Assembly (NCBI GenBank): GCA_965649825.1
Contig: OZ287705.1
Location: forward strand, 984,865 to 1,048,864
Direction: 5' to 3'
Origin: Penicillus capitatus
Lineage: Eukaryota > Plantae > Chlorophyta
Length of the DNA stretch: 64,000 nt
The position numbers and the translations under genes were made by a program. Shown in pieces: positions 11,620 to 24,574 of this stretch. Position 1 is the stretch's first letter, and the number at the start of each line of letters is the position of its first letter. The notes beneath the pieces were generated by a model. It saw only the letters and a list, made by a program, of their open reading frames with translations, made no database searches and had not been told where the DNA came from.

Positions 11620-12859
11620 ATGTCCTTCTCTGCTGTAACGCGAATTCTGACCCGAAAAGATGTGGCTCAGCGCCTCGTCGAAAAGACGGCGAACCAACGA
11701 TCGCCTTATTTAGCCTTTTTCAGTTCGATTCTTGGAGGCATCGTGCGCGATGTCGATCTCATGACAGTGCCGATCGATGATCACCTGGTCCACAGGGGCC
11801 ACGCTGTTTTTGACACCGCTCTCGGTATCTCACGCTTCTCATTTTCGCATAGCATCGTTCGGCAGTTCGCCAAGGGAATGTGTATCAATTGGATCAGCAT
11901 CTGGAAAGATTTCGGAAATCTGCTACGAGATGCCATTTGTGGAGAGAATCGGAATTTCCGGATTTTGTGACTAAGTCCCATCTGAAGTCCATTATCTTGG
12001 ACACCATACGTGCCGCAGACAAGAAGGATCAGTCTGTGCGTTACTGGCTGGGGGCTGGCCCTGGAGGATTCGATATTTCGAACCAAGAGTGCCAACGACC
12101 TTCCTTCTATGTTGTCTGTCAGCCTCAAAGGTAGCATCACACCCTCAGCCATGACTTCTGTTTGCTCTTGGCTGTTATCAGAACAATTCCTTCAGCAATG
12201 TATGAGAAAGGTGTCACCGTCATAACAACGACGGTGCCGATGAAAGCGCCTCCCTTCACAAGCATCAAATCGACAAACTATTTGCCAAATGCCATGACGG
12301 TGATCGAGGCCAATAGCAAAGGTCCGATGCAAGACCACTCACTCCCTTGAGGTTTCACTGTGGTCGCAGGGGCGTATATGGGTGTGTGGGTGACGGAAGA
12401 AGGCCTCATTGCTGAATGTGCGACATCCAACATCGGTCATGCCGAGTTCTGTTTGTTAAGGGGTCTCTCACTCTTTTGGCAGGATTTGTCAAGGACGATG
12501 TGTTTCTGGTGCCGTCCTTCGATCAGACACTTGCTGGCATCAGCATACAGCGCATGATGCATTTGGTCAAAACAGAGCTTAAAATGAACGTCATACAACG
12601 AGATATGCACATCAGAGAAGGTCTTTCCCATTTCTGCGGCGCTGCGCAACGCATGTTTCCAGGGAAGGCAGCAGATGAGGCATTCTTATTCGGCGGAAAC
12701 ATGGGCGCCTTGCCCATTACGCAATGGGATGATCAAATCATTGGAACAGGCAGAGTGGGGAAACGTGCTCGTGAATTTTTGCACCTCTATCATGAAGACA
12801 TGCGTCACGGACATGGGAACTCAGATCAGCTGATTCACGTCGAAGGTTTGTCTCCCTAG
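11620..12859 (+). CDS. Class IV aminotransferase (D-amino-acid transaminase / aminodeoxychorismate lyase-like)
   Basis: Motifs VPIDDHLVHRGHAVFDTA, YQLDQHLERF, IKSTNYLPNA and ECATSNIG. Five introns of 41-51 nt. An extra upstream exon is possible. Confidence 0.88.
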
Positions 12860-13125
12860 AGACACATTCTTCACAGTTACAAATTGCACACGTTGTCGAC
12901 TCCATAGATTCTCAGAACAAAAGCACATGTTGAGTAAGAGTGATGGGTGAGTGGACAAGTAGGATGCATGCCGTGTCATTGACAGTTATCCCAAGAAAGG
13001 TCTGATGCTGAGAACGGATGATGGATCGATTCACCTAACAAATGTGCTAAGGCGTTTTCATCGTCACCAGTACAGCTGCGAGAAAGAAACAAACAAAGTG
13101 CTAGGCCATGCACGGAGGTGTGATC

Positions 13126-16100
13126 TTATGGGGCAACAACGCTCATATTCCGAACACCAATCAGCATATTCAATGTCATCTTTGCCGAGACGACACACGG
13201 ACGTGACATCTGACCCATCTTGATCATGCCTGCAGACAAGACCGTTGGATAACAGGTCATAGGGATCGAGGTGATCGGCGGCTTACTCTGGGTTCTGCTA
13301 ATCAGATAGTCCAAAACTCCCATCGTCAGTGTTCCCACTCTAGGACTGGCAGGAGTTGCATCTAGGTGGGTCACAGCCCCGCGAATCCATTCCAGTTTCG
13401 TTTCGGTATCCGTCACCAGATCGCACCCTGTTAGAAAACATCACTCAACGAGTGGGCGTATATGAGAGAGATGTACCGATTTGGTTAAGAAGTGAGAGAA
13501 GGACACTCTGTGACAGCGGACAGGGCTCTGTCGCAAATAGGGCGGAGTAGTCCACAAAACTTATGATTCTGTTAAGCACATCAATCCGGGAAAGAGATAA
13601 CGCCTTGTTAAATGCAGATTCGTAATCTTCATCTTTTAATAGCGTAAAGATTTCTGAGATCACGACATCTGGAGTGGCACGAGCCACGGAGGGCAATCCA
13701 CCCGGCGTTGGCAGCGTCTGAGAAGTGGAGGCTGTCAAAAGGGTTTGAATGTCTTGTTTCATGGACTGAACGTCGCTGGATAGAGTGGCAATAGATGATT
13801 TCAGCGTTGCAATGTCGGTCACAGCCGTCTCGCCAAAATCTGCCAATTTGTTGATGCCACTTTGTAGAATCGTATGCGTCTGGGGTCCCAACATCGAATG
13901 CTGTCCAGCTACAGAACCAACGATCACGGGATGAACAGAAGACGCGTCAAACAAAGGCAGATTACCTAGATGTTCATTGAGACCGGCAGAGAATGCGTTT
14001 TGGATTTGGCCAAACATGTTCTGCACGGCCAATTCGAAAGCTGGCACGATGCTGTCAGAGAAGCTCTCTCTGAAATTGGACTGAAGACCTTGGTTCACAG
14101 CAGCAGACAACGATGTAGAAATGGCACTTTCGACACAACGGCTGAGCAATCCTGATAACTGTCGGCTCAGAAATTCAGCAAACACACGTTGAACGGCTCC
14201 CCCGACGGCTGCCCTGAGGGGATTCTTGATCTCTGTCTGGATCGTGCTCTGAATCACATCCAGCATTCCTTGCATAGCAACAGTGGCGTGCTCCCGCATA
14301 CGCATATCCATATCTTCATGTCCTCCTCGATTGCTTGGATGTTGTAGACTGTCTAGTCTTGTCAAGGTATCTTGAAAATTCACATCCAAGCGTTTGTTGA
14401 CCGAATGGAAAGCGCGACCGAGTTTGTGTTCCAGCACTTGAATCATACGCTTGACATTTGAGATGGAACGCTCGAGGGTCTCCACCAAGTCTGAGAGATC
14501 TGGATTCAGTGGCAGGGCGCTGCTGTCCATCATAGAGAGATTCTGGAGATGATGCATTTCTTTCTCCATTCTCTCGGATGCAACGAGTCCTGGCTCATCA
14601 GAATCGGTATCGGGTTTCTCGGGGCACGTTTCTGGAAGACGCTCTGCTTGAGAGACCATCAAGAGGTGCATGGCCGCAGCAGTAACGCTCTGAGAGACGG
14701 AAGAAGGCGGCTCAGGATTTGTCCCATCCAAGTTCGTCGAAATCCCATCTGTTCTGTCCGAACGATTGCGACTGTGCAAAGAGGCTGGGGGAGAAATCAC
14801 TGAACCCGATGCTTGCTGTCCTTCGCTCAATGGCGTTCCAGAAGTGCTACTCTTTGGTGTGCTGACGGTTCGTGGGAGAGGCAGGATTTGTGCTTCCGTC
14901 TCAGGAGGCAAAGGAGGTGGTCCCTGCTCGACAGGAGCGTTCAAAACAGGGGGTATAGGAATGGCCAATTCCAGATCGCTTTCTGGCACAGGAATGGGCA
15001 TTGCTGCCGGCTTGGCGGCGGCCTCTGCTTGGAGTCCTGTTCCGAGTTGATGCAAAACGTCTGGGTGCGTCAACGGTGTCTCGTGGATGATATATGGGAA
15101 GAAGGCAGTGTCCTGTCCAGCTGGGGATTGAGCCGGATGCGTTTCGCCTTCTGGGTGGGCAGGATTCGGCTCAGGGATGGACTCAGCGACAGGCTCCACA
15201 TCTTCTTCTTTCTATCACACAACTGTCACATCACGCAAGAGTGAGAGAGAAACGACGCTTGCCATGACTTCGGGGAGGCAGAGGTCTGGATCGAGGATAT
15301 ATTGCTGAACGATCATCGGTTGAATGCAGTAGACATCAATTCCTTTCTCCACACCATCTTCTTCGCTAATCTTTTCAGAGCACTCCATGCTCACGATCTC
15401 CTGAACGAGAGGGAACTTCGTAATGCATTCAAATTGCAATTCGTCTTCTTGATGACAACGAATGGCTAACATCCATGTCCAGTGTCGTTCTGCCATCAAA
15501 AGTAGACCTTCACGTCTACTGTAATCCACAGACAATGAAGTGCATTCATTGATTGGCGGAACGGATAAATTGAGGAGCTGAACAGGGCATGCCTGGAACT
15601 CTGCACTGCTATCTATCTTACTGCACTTCCAGCTCTTAAGCAGAATGATATTGGGATCGGATTCCGTAGCGTAGTTCACTGTCAAGAAGTTAAAAGATTC
15701 GGCAGAAGAACCCTCCTTGAAAACCTCGTCATCGACCAGTTCCACATGACGCACGGGAATGCCGTCCGTGACCTGTCACATCATCACGTCATGCAGCTCA
15801 GTCTTCGTGCCTGTCTTTGATGTGACGTGCTGTACCTTGAGCTTGATGATCGGGTCAGAGATTTCTGGGTTTTCATCTGCAAAGAGCATTGCCAAGACAT
15901 CAGAAGTCGAATTCCAAATCTGCAGCATTCCGTCGGACGTGCCCACAATCAAAGCATTATGATGGCAACGAAGAAAGGTGACATCTGCATCGAACTTCAA
16001 AAATCGAGCGGTCCGCGTCGCTCCTTCTTCGCATTTGATATCAAATTGTGCTTCTTCTTCGCGTCCCTCCACAACCTACAATTTGTATATGTGTTATTTG

Positions 16101-17026
16101 AACGCAAACATGTCGCATTTGTGTGACCTTTGCCCATTGGACAAAGACAACCCACGTTTGAACCGAGAAGACGAAAACTTGGTCATTGTTCGGACCCCAT
16201 GCCACACGAATGGGGCCATTCAAATCCACTTGTGCACACATCATCACTCTGAACTCTATTTCTTCATCTTTATCCCATACCTACACCAAAACGTCTCACT
16301 CTTTCACCTTCACACTTCTCACTCTTTTTACCTCCATCAAACTTATTTTTCGATCCATACTCGCCACCAGAAGGCGGTTCGAATCCGCTCCCAAGAAATG
16401 CACAGACATGATATCATCTTGATGCGTCTTCACCAAGACACGCGCATTGGAAAGACGATTGATAATGCGCAAGTCTCCTGACTTGAGTGCATAGCAGAGA
16501 AACCTAAACCGCTTATAACTTCGGGCACTTCATCCTCATGCCTTACGTGTTATTCGCGGCTATTTGTTTCGCGTAGGGCAAGTCAGAATTCGCAGCGTTG
16601 TCGGCCCTGAGGTGCGTTACGGTTCGCACGAGTAACTGCGGCAACGACTCTTCTTCTTCCGACTGGAACAGCTCCTCGACGTCACACTCGAGACGTCTGC
16701 TCTCATCGAATGTCAAGCGACGACCAGCATAAGACTTGCGCACAATTGCCGGAACCTCCTCTACATTGTGACACAGCACGTCGCCTCATATCGACCAAGT
16801 GATCGCGTTTCGCCCTGGACCCAACGTTGCTGCCTCGTACGACCTTCGGCGGGATCGATTCTGAACTTGGCGGGCGTTGCGCGACGAGGCGGAGATGGAG
16901 GAAAGACGAGAACGAGGAAAGTGTTATGGTACCTTTCGGGGTGTGTTGTTGTTCGTCTGTCTCATCCGCGGCGCCGCTACCAGGAGCAATGGAAGCTAAG
17001 AACGACGAAAAGTCGAATTCAGACAT
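13126..17026 (-). CDS. EDC4: Enhancer of mRNA decapping 4 / VARICOSE
   Basis: N-terminal WD40 region (GRRL...PQLLVRTVT...KQIAANNTFLCYALK), a central coiled coil (FRESFSDSIVPAFELAVQNMFGQI) and the C-terminal CPLSQSVLLSLLNQIG motif. Confidence 0.9.
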
Positions 17027-17115
17027 CCCGAACAAAAACGAGTGTCATCAACGCCTCCACCAAAACGCCGTTTAATGTGGCAAAAATGCGACGCATTAAA
17101 AGCGGACGGGAGAGA
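17027..17115. promoter_or_regulatory. Minimal bidirectional promoter/5'UTR region between EDC4 and ATG7
   Basis: Only 89 bp separate two divergent ATGs, each anchored by conserved N-terminal sequence. Confidence 0.7.
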
Positions 17116-19717
17116 ATGCAAGAAGAGGATACCTTGAAATTTGCGCCCTTGCAAGTGTCGTTCTCGATGTAGAGGGCTCGAGAGGGAGATACCGAATGTA
17201 GAGTCATGTGGATATCAGTTTCTGGTCGGAATTGGGACGAAGGAAGCTCGAAATCTATCGACTGTCCGAAGAGGCCGTATCCATCTGGGGTAGAGCAGCA
17301 ATGTAGAGAAGGAGGTGATGTAGTGTGATTGTGTGACCAAGGATACTGCTCTGTGTCTCGACGCAGCGATGCAGCCTCGTCCGTTTTGTTGGATAGAACG
17401 TCGTTCGATCAACATCACGAACGCAAAGTGCATCTCGCCCACTGTGTAGAAATAAAAGGCGAGTGGAATTGGATGTCGTGGAGCAGGGATCGTTTAAGCT
17501 CCTGGGAGAAGTGTACGTCATGAACAACATCGAAGATTTCAAAAATTTCGACAGAAAAGCTGCTGTGGAGAAAGTGTGATCATTGCTCGATGCAAAAAGT
17601 GTGAGAAGGGAGTAATGTCGATGAAACAAGGCGGTTGAAGAAATGAAGAAGAGTATGAATGAAACGGAAGTTTATGATTGCGAGACACCAGCGGCTTACA
17701 TGCTACAGAGATTTGTACTGCTGACCTATCCAGACCTGAAGAATTATGAGTATCGCTATTGGTGAGATTCTCCGCTTTGGCAAAGCGTGACAGTAAAGAG
17801 TGACCAGGTTTGCGTTTCCAGCCATCACCCCACGTACCCCCTACACAGCAGCACCTCCTCAAACACTGAGCGCCGTCTGCAGATCTGCAGATCAGGTACA
17901 GGACGCGCTTCGAAAGAGTGCTTTTCTATTTCTCTCTGGCAGTTCTGCAGAGGACTGGATGCCTGGCTTGGTCAAACAGACGGCTTTTCACGTCCTCTGT
18001 TTCGTTGTCACACATCTTTGCAGCACGACGAAGGGGGAGAGACCTTCAAAGGGATCGAAGGTTTTGCCGACCTGCAAGATTCCGAGACTGTTCTCTGCTT
18101 GCTGGATCCATGTCATCTCCCCCATAATCCAAGTTGGATCTTGCGCAATGTTCTTGCTCTGCTGTCATCTTCAGCCACGGAATACAAAGTACTGCTGCCC
18201 GCTGTCAGTAGAGAGACAGCTCTCGAGTACAGGTTGTCTGTTTGCGCCAACGAAACGGCAAAATCTCGTCGTTGGCATCTCTTGTGTTCACTGTGCACAT
18301 CGCCAAAGAAGCCTGGGAGGACATACGTTCTGTTTCGGGTTGGGAGGCCAATCATCTGAACAAAGTCGCATCACGGTTGTCCTTCCTCACACATTTTATG
18401 CAGTACATCTCATCTCACTCAATTTCTTCCTGTACTTAGAAAAATCAACCTTCGAAGTCAGTTCGATCCAAAGATGTTGGCAGAGGAAGCCATTGGACTG
18501 AACATTCAGCTGATGTTGTGGAGAGCTGCTCCTTCGCTCGATCTCGACACCTTAGTGAACACGAAATGCGCGCTCATCGGTGCACATCTGTACAGATGGT
18601 ATACAGTTGACATTTGTTCGTGACAGGGATGGGGACGCTGGGATGTCACATTGCTCGTTGTTTGCTCGGATGGGGCGTTCGGTATCTTTCTGTGATCGAC
18701 TGCGGCCGCGTTTCTTTCTCGAATCCTGTTCGGCAATGCCTCTATGAATTTGAAGATTGCCTGGAAGATGGCAAACCCAAGGCCGCTTGTGCAGCAGAGC
18801 ATCTTCGCCGCATTCACCCTTCTGCCGAGATACAGAGCTATACACTGAAGGTTCCAATGCCTGGCCACCCTCCTCTTAATGCACAGGATCAGACATCAAT
18901 GCAACAAGTGTGATAGATGAGATCGATCAGAGCAGCCATAAATGTGTGACTTCAGGATACGGAACAGTTGCACTCTGTCATTGAATCCAACGACGTCGTC
19001 TTTCTTTTGACAGACAATCGAGAGAGTCGATGGTTGCCAACCGTCATCGGATCCGCTCTGCAAAAAATTGTCATCTGTGTTGCTTTGGGCTATGACTCCT
19101 ATCTCATTATGCGACACGGCATGTGTGAAGAGGAGGACAATGCAGCATCAGCTTTGCGACTTGGCTGCTATTTCTGTAATGACATTCAGGCTCCGACAGA
19201 GACCACAGCACACTTGGCTCTGGACCAGCAATGCACTGTGGCACGTCCGGGACTGGCACCAATTGCATCTGCCTTAGCCGTTGAGTTATTGGTCTCGCTG
19301 TTGCATCATCCATCCAAAGCGCTTGCTGCACATGGACTGCCAGATGAGCACGGTGGCGCAGCGATGGCATCGAGCTCAGTAGCTGCTGGTGCTTTGGGCG
19401 GCGTGCCGCACATGATAAAGGGATCCGTGTTTCATTTTTCGATGGCCTGTGCACACGGTCCTGCTTTCTACCAATGCACCGCCTGCTCAGAGGCCGTCAA
19501 AGCAGCCTATCTACAAGATCGTTGGCCCTTTGTCCTCTCCGCTATTACCGTAACACCATTCCGCTATCCGATCGGTCTCATGGACTGTGTTGTGTTCCCT
19601 GTACAGAACGACACCTTCCTGCAAGACTTGACAGGTCTAACAGAGCTCCTAGAGAAAGCAGAGGCGCTCATCGAGGCAGCAGCCAGCGATGCCGATTCTG
19701 AATTTGAAGTCTTCTAA
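17116..19717 (+). CDS. ATG7: Autophagy E1-like enzyme ATG7
   Basis: LKFAPLQSHVDISFWSEL, DLKNYEYRYWFAFPA, GLNIQLMLWRAAP, GMGTLGCHIAR, VSFSNPVRQ, RLGCYFCND and LDQQCTVARPG (catalytic Cys). About nine short introns. Confidence 0.96.
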
Positions 19718-19732
19718 AGAGTTGTGGCCTCC

Positions 19733-22322
19733 TTAAAACGATTTCTCTTTGATCGGACGCATGAGTCTCAATACCCACAGAGTCACAGCCATAGCGACAC
19801 CCGCACCCGTACAGATCCAGAAATTCAGTCTTCCTCTCTTCAGGAGACAGACCAATGTCGGTTGTGGTCCCGAAACGCGGAGCGCTTCCAAAAGCTGCTG
19901 CAACGCTGCAAGTTCGTGTCGACACGACTGGATATAGAAAAAGGCAACATCAAATTCGGCTCTGCCTGAATGCAGCAGCCCAACGGCCATTTTGGACCGG
20001 AAAAGATTGCTCCGGCGATAAAACTCCACACTCTCCTGCTCTTGAAACACTTCCTACAACAGTGCATCCATATGAGATGCTTTCTCAGGGTGGCTGGTGG
20101 CTTACAGATGGTTGGCCTGTTGTGGACAGCCTCTCCATCAGAGTATACAGATCCAGGACCTGCTGCATCAACTGCGAGGCCTGCGAAAGAATTACGTTGC
20201 GCTTTGCTGAGCGTTGCAGAGAATTGGACAGCATCTGCATCGTTGACATCTCTCCGAAAGGTGTCGGTCCAACATTCCATCGATAGTCATGCATACGTCC
20301 CTGTGCCGGTGACCAAAACTCCGACGTCTCTGCCGCAGCCCACACTGCAGAGGACGCCGTCAGGCAGCAGACGATCAGTTTTTGGGCAGACCTGTTTGGA
20401 GTAGAGACGCCATGAGGGGTCGACTAATGTTGGTCGCCGAGATGGAGATGATCTGACCGCCACACGACATTTCGGAAAGGTATGTCCCTTCGTGTGTCCG
20501 TACGCCCAACACAAGATCCGAGAACCCAATGGACTGGGCTCCGTTTTCGAAGGACAAGGGAGAGATTTTGGCCAATTCCAGCACAAAGACGGGTACGATG
20601 CGCACATCGGGATTGGCAGAGGACAAAGGTATCTGCACATAACGATCGTCTCGCATCATCGACTGCACTTCGGGATCTGAGAACCACTTATGCAGAATCA
20701 ACGAATCCAGGAACTCCGTTTCTTCCACCACTAACCCCGGCCCTGGTCTGCGTCCAGTCCGTGTCGAGAGAGCCCTAGAAGCAGAGAATAGAACAAGAAA
20801 GAGGAAGGACTGAACGCACTGAGCGTAGGCAGCTGTGCAGCTGTCACATTGGCCAAGAGCCACATAGTAATGAAAGATCTCGATGCTCTGTCCTTTGAGA
20901 TTGAGACGATTGAGCTGCTGCAAAATCTCATCCATCTCGGCCGAATGCATCGTTTCGGTATCGGGAATGAAAGCATCGTGGATGTGCACCACCGGAAGGA
21001 TCAGTTTCTTCCATGCTGGCAGCGACAGACTCAACGTCTGGGGTACCATGAGATGCTAAACAGCACACAGGACCTGTCGAGTCATGGCTGGAAAGGGCCA
21101 GGGGTGGACTTGGATGGCGGACTGGATCATGGCAGCCAGATCGGGGACAATGGCTTTGTTCTGTAGTCGCTTTGGATAGTTGCCCACTTTTGGAAAACTG
21201 TGCTCCATGACTTGACCAGATCCCTCACGCAAGGGTCCGTATCTAAAGGGACCTACTCACACATCACACTTTTGCCTATCCATCCATACACACAAGCAGA
21301 CCGGCAGAAAGGTCCACCCACATGTAATGGGCAGCTTCGGAACCGTCTGATGACATCCAGTAATTGCCAGGACAGCTCGACTCCCTTACACACGACAGCA
21401 CTTTTCCCTCGTTTCAGATGCCAATGCAAACGATACCTGTCATCGTAGCGATAGACATATGGTATATCGACTTGGACATTGGGGTTCAGTATGTAAAGAG
21501 AAGGAAGCATGCGAGATAACTGGTACTCTGAATGCACCACAGCATCCACCGCTTCGTAAGGAATCGATGCCATCGTGGGAACTGCACACAGACACCCATC
21601 TCACTCTTTTACCCTGCCCATAACAGTCCGACATGACAGAGGCGAGTCTATCTGTCTGGATTGCATGCGGATGGCGTTTGCAATCGCATCTTCTGTTCGC
21701 TTTGCCGTCGTCGTCTTGGCCGAAACGGCACCATAGGTCACCTGGACTGGAATACGCTGCGCCAAACACATGCATGACCATCACACATGGTCACTCTTTC
21801 TGATATACGGCATCGTTGGAGTGGACCCTGTCATCGGCTGGATATCCCAACGGACGGATTTCGAATGCCGTATAGAGATTTCGCAGATGTTGCATCAACA
21901 TGCTTCGATCCAGTGTGACCTGCGATGCCCTAAACGGCATAGGAAGGTCAGAATACAGCACAGCGTTGTCTCTGTCTTCACCCATCCCCGTCCCATCCCA
22001 CCAGGATGACGTCAATGTGGACACTCATCTTCGTGTCTCTCAGTTTCGATCGCAGCGCTGCGAAAGAGAACGCATGATGGCTATCCCAAATGCGCTGTAC
22101 GTTTTGAGGCAGCTGCACAAAAGTGTCCACCCGTGCTTCGGGATCTTCTCCCACCTTAACCCGCATGCATCTAAGCGAGGCAGTACACGCATACGAACGC
22201 ACCCGGAATAGATTGCGGACGGCATTGAGTTGATGGTACTCCTCCCGCCCGTCTTCCGCGGCCCATACCACAACCAGCGCCGCCAGCCACAGTACTGCGT
22301 GGATAAACGCGTCGCGACGCAT
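19733..22322 (-). CDS. Secreted / single-pass membrane protein resembling the plant At5g58100/At3g28720 uncharacterised family
   Basis: Signal peptide MRRDAFIHAVLWLAALVVVWA, then VHIDVILVGWDG, SLYILNP and IVPVFVLEL, and a C-terminal hydrophobic segment followed by basic residues. The family assignment is from recognition only. Confidence 0.65.
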
Positions 22323-22342
22323 CGTACGACAAACAGCATCCA

Positions 22343-23281
22343 TCATCCGTCATCTTTCTTCTTCTTAACTCTGATCTTTAGTGACGTCCCAAAGAGTCCT
22401 TTCTTGCGTTCCTTGGCCTTGGAAGACCCCTTAGACGAAGGCTTCGCCTCTGGAAGGGACGGCTTCGGCAGTTTGGCTTTTGCAGGACTCTCCTTGTCGC
22501 TCTCTGGCCGATCCGTTTTCTGTAGTTTAGCACGTTGTTGGTAGAAGAGGGTACGGATGGTTTCTTCGTCATCGGGATCGAGTTCTTCAGAGAGGAGTCG
22601 TTTCTTTGTCTCTTTCTCCTCCTCTTCTTTTTCACTCTTTTTCAGTGCTGACAGCACTTGGTCAAAACTCAGCTTCTGTTTTCGAGCATTGAGACTCCGC
22701 AGCTCATCCAAAGCAGACAACACATCCATCTCACGTTTGCTATCCAACTGACGATTCTCCAATGCCTTGATCGCATTGCCACGTTCCTAAACAACCATCT
22801 TTGCTACGGACGTGCCATCCAATATCTGTCTGCGAAGGACCTCCTCTTCACGCTCTTTCTGTGAGAGCTTCTTCGACTCTTCCTCCTCTCTCCATGGCTC
22901 GTAGTTCCGAGAGGCACCGGACTCCACTGTGTAATCCGAGTTCTTAGGATCTGTCAGAATCGTATACTCTGCCGAGCAGTTGGAGCAGCGAAAGTAGAAG
23001 CGATAGATCTGGATGCCGAGATAGTTCTTCCCATGGACGTCCTCCTTTCTCGAATTGAACTTTGTTCCCTTGTACATAAAGTTCCCACATGTCTTGCATC
23101 TGAGACACCCATCAGCATTCATGCGTCTGGAGATATGTGTGAGATGTGTTGCTTGCCTGACGGACATCGGCAACATCATTCGGATCTTCATTTGATGGTC
23201 CTTTGCCATTTTGACTTTGGGTATGAGTGCCGGATCGAAATCCGGTGGGAAGTATTTGTTCAGTACTTTGCGCTCTCCCAT
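22343..23281 (-). CDS. YJU2: Splicing factor YJU2 (CCDC94/CWC16)
   Basis: MGERKVLNKYFPPDFDP, MLPMSVR|CKTCGNFMYKGTKFN, YLGIQIYRFYFRCSNC and TDPKNSDY. One GC-AG intron (23100-23156) and one GT-AG intron. Confidence 0.95.
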
Positions 23282-23329
23282 CCTGTCGCGTTCACGTTCA
23301 ACGACGAGCCCTTCAGGCGAAAAAGATAG

Positions 23330-24224
23330 ATGGCTGTCGCTGTCACCCCCATGAAGGCATTAAATGAAGACATCGGACGCAGGACAGGTTGCATTCCGCC
23401 GCCGCTGGTCGCCAGCGCAGAGCCGACCTTGAGAGATGATGTGACGTTATAAGCCGCGACGACGCCGCGAGCGTCCCATACGTGCCAGTATAAACACCAC
23501 ATGCGGGTCGATTCTTCCTGGGGCCTCGCCGTTCTTGGTAATCACACACAGAACTCTCCGCCTTGTCGTCATGGTCATATCATCTCCAGGCTATCTCTTC
23601 ACATACTACCATACGAAGGTCTCAGATGAGAGAAAACAACGAATTGACCGCATAAACGAACAGGTGTGATGGCTGTCTGTCACCGACTGACCACCATCGA
23701 CTGTGCTGTTTGCTGTGTCTGTCAGTTGCGTGAGTTCTATGGACCCTTGTTGTCGTGTGTCTCGGCATCAAAGTCATCATACGATGCCATGGTTCGGCAA
23801 CACAGCCCCGACGGGACGGTTGCTGGATTTCAGCGCGCTGTCTTGGCAGACCCCGAGGGAAAAGAAGGACAAGTATATCGTACGTGGATGCTGGAAGTGC
23901 TGCAGCCGCTCAATGAGAAGGCGTCGAATATTGTGGTCGAGCACATCGATTTACTCGACTCGCCAAGAATTGAGCCGTTACTGTTGCAGCTGGTATCCCA
24001 CGTCGCGGCATACAAAGTCATTCTCTCGAGGTGAGTGAGAATGGAGGAAAGTACTAGACGGGTGATGTGACGTTTGTATGGTGTCTAGATGGAAAGAAGG
24101 CGACGTGAAGACAGAAATCGTGGTGCTGTCTTATCCAGACCGTCTTGTCGAATACATACGATCCGAATTTGCACGATTGAAGAAATTACAGGCGCAGCTC
24201 ATTGGACGCCGATCTCGTCTTTGA
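23330..24224 (+). CDS. Conserved hypothetical protein with an N-terminal hydrophobic segment
   Basis: The spliced frame reads LAVLGYLFTYYHTKVSDERKQRIDRINEQLREFYGPL...WMLEVLQPLNEKASNIVVEHIDLL. Clean GT-AG introns. The start is either 23330 or 23501. Confidence 0.7.
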
Positions 24225-24574
24225 CACGATCCTATCCGGATGCAAGCGAACGATGTGACTGAGATGTTTCTGGGAGCATCGGGGAATTTCTTCTTTGCTC
24301 TTAAGTACTGACGCCATCGGAGCACCACCACCATTGTCATTGGAATTTAAAGACCTCGGACCTACAAGGAACCAGCAGCGGACGGGGCCAGTTTTTGAGA
24401 GTTCTTAGAAAAGGGTGGCCAAGTTTCATGGGATCGATGAGAAGGGCTTCAAACGAGTTGACGTTGTTTAACACACGGACACTCAACAGGACAGAATTAT
24501 GTGGCTGTGGCCTGACAGAGCATCTCATTAGATTTCTGTGAAAAAGCACCAGACAGTAACAAGGGTTTGTTTCT

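Noticed and set aside
16373-16392. tRNA T-arm-like hairpin GCGG-TTCGAAT-CCGC
   Set aside because: It has no D-arm or acceptor stem and is antisense to a conserved EDC4 exon (GADSNRLL).
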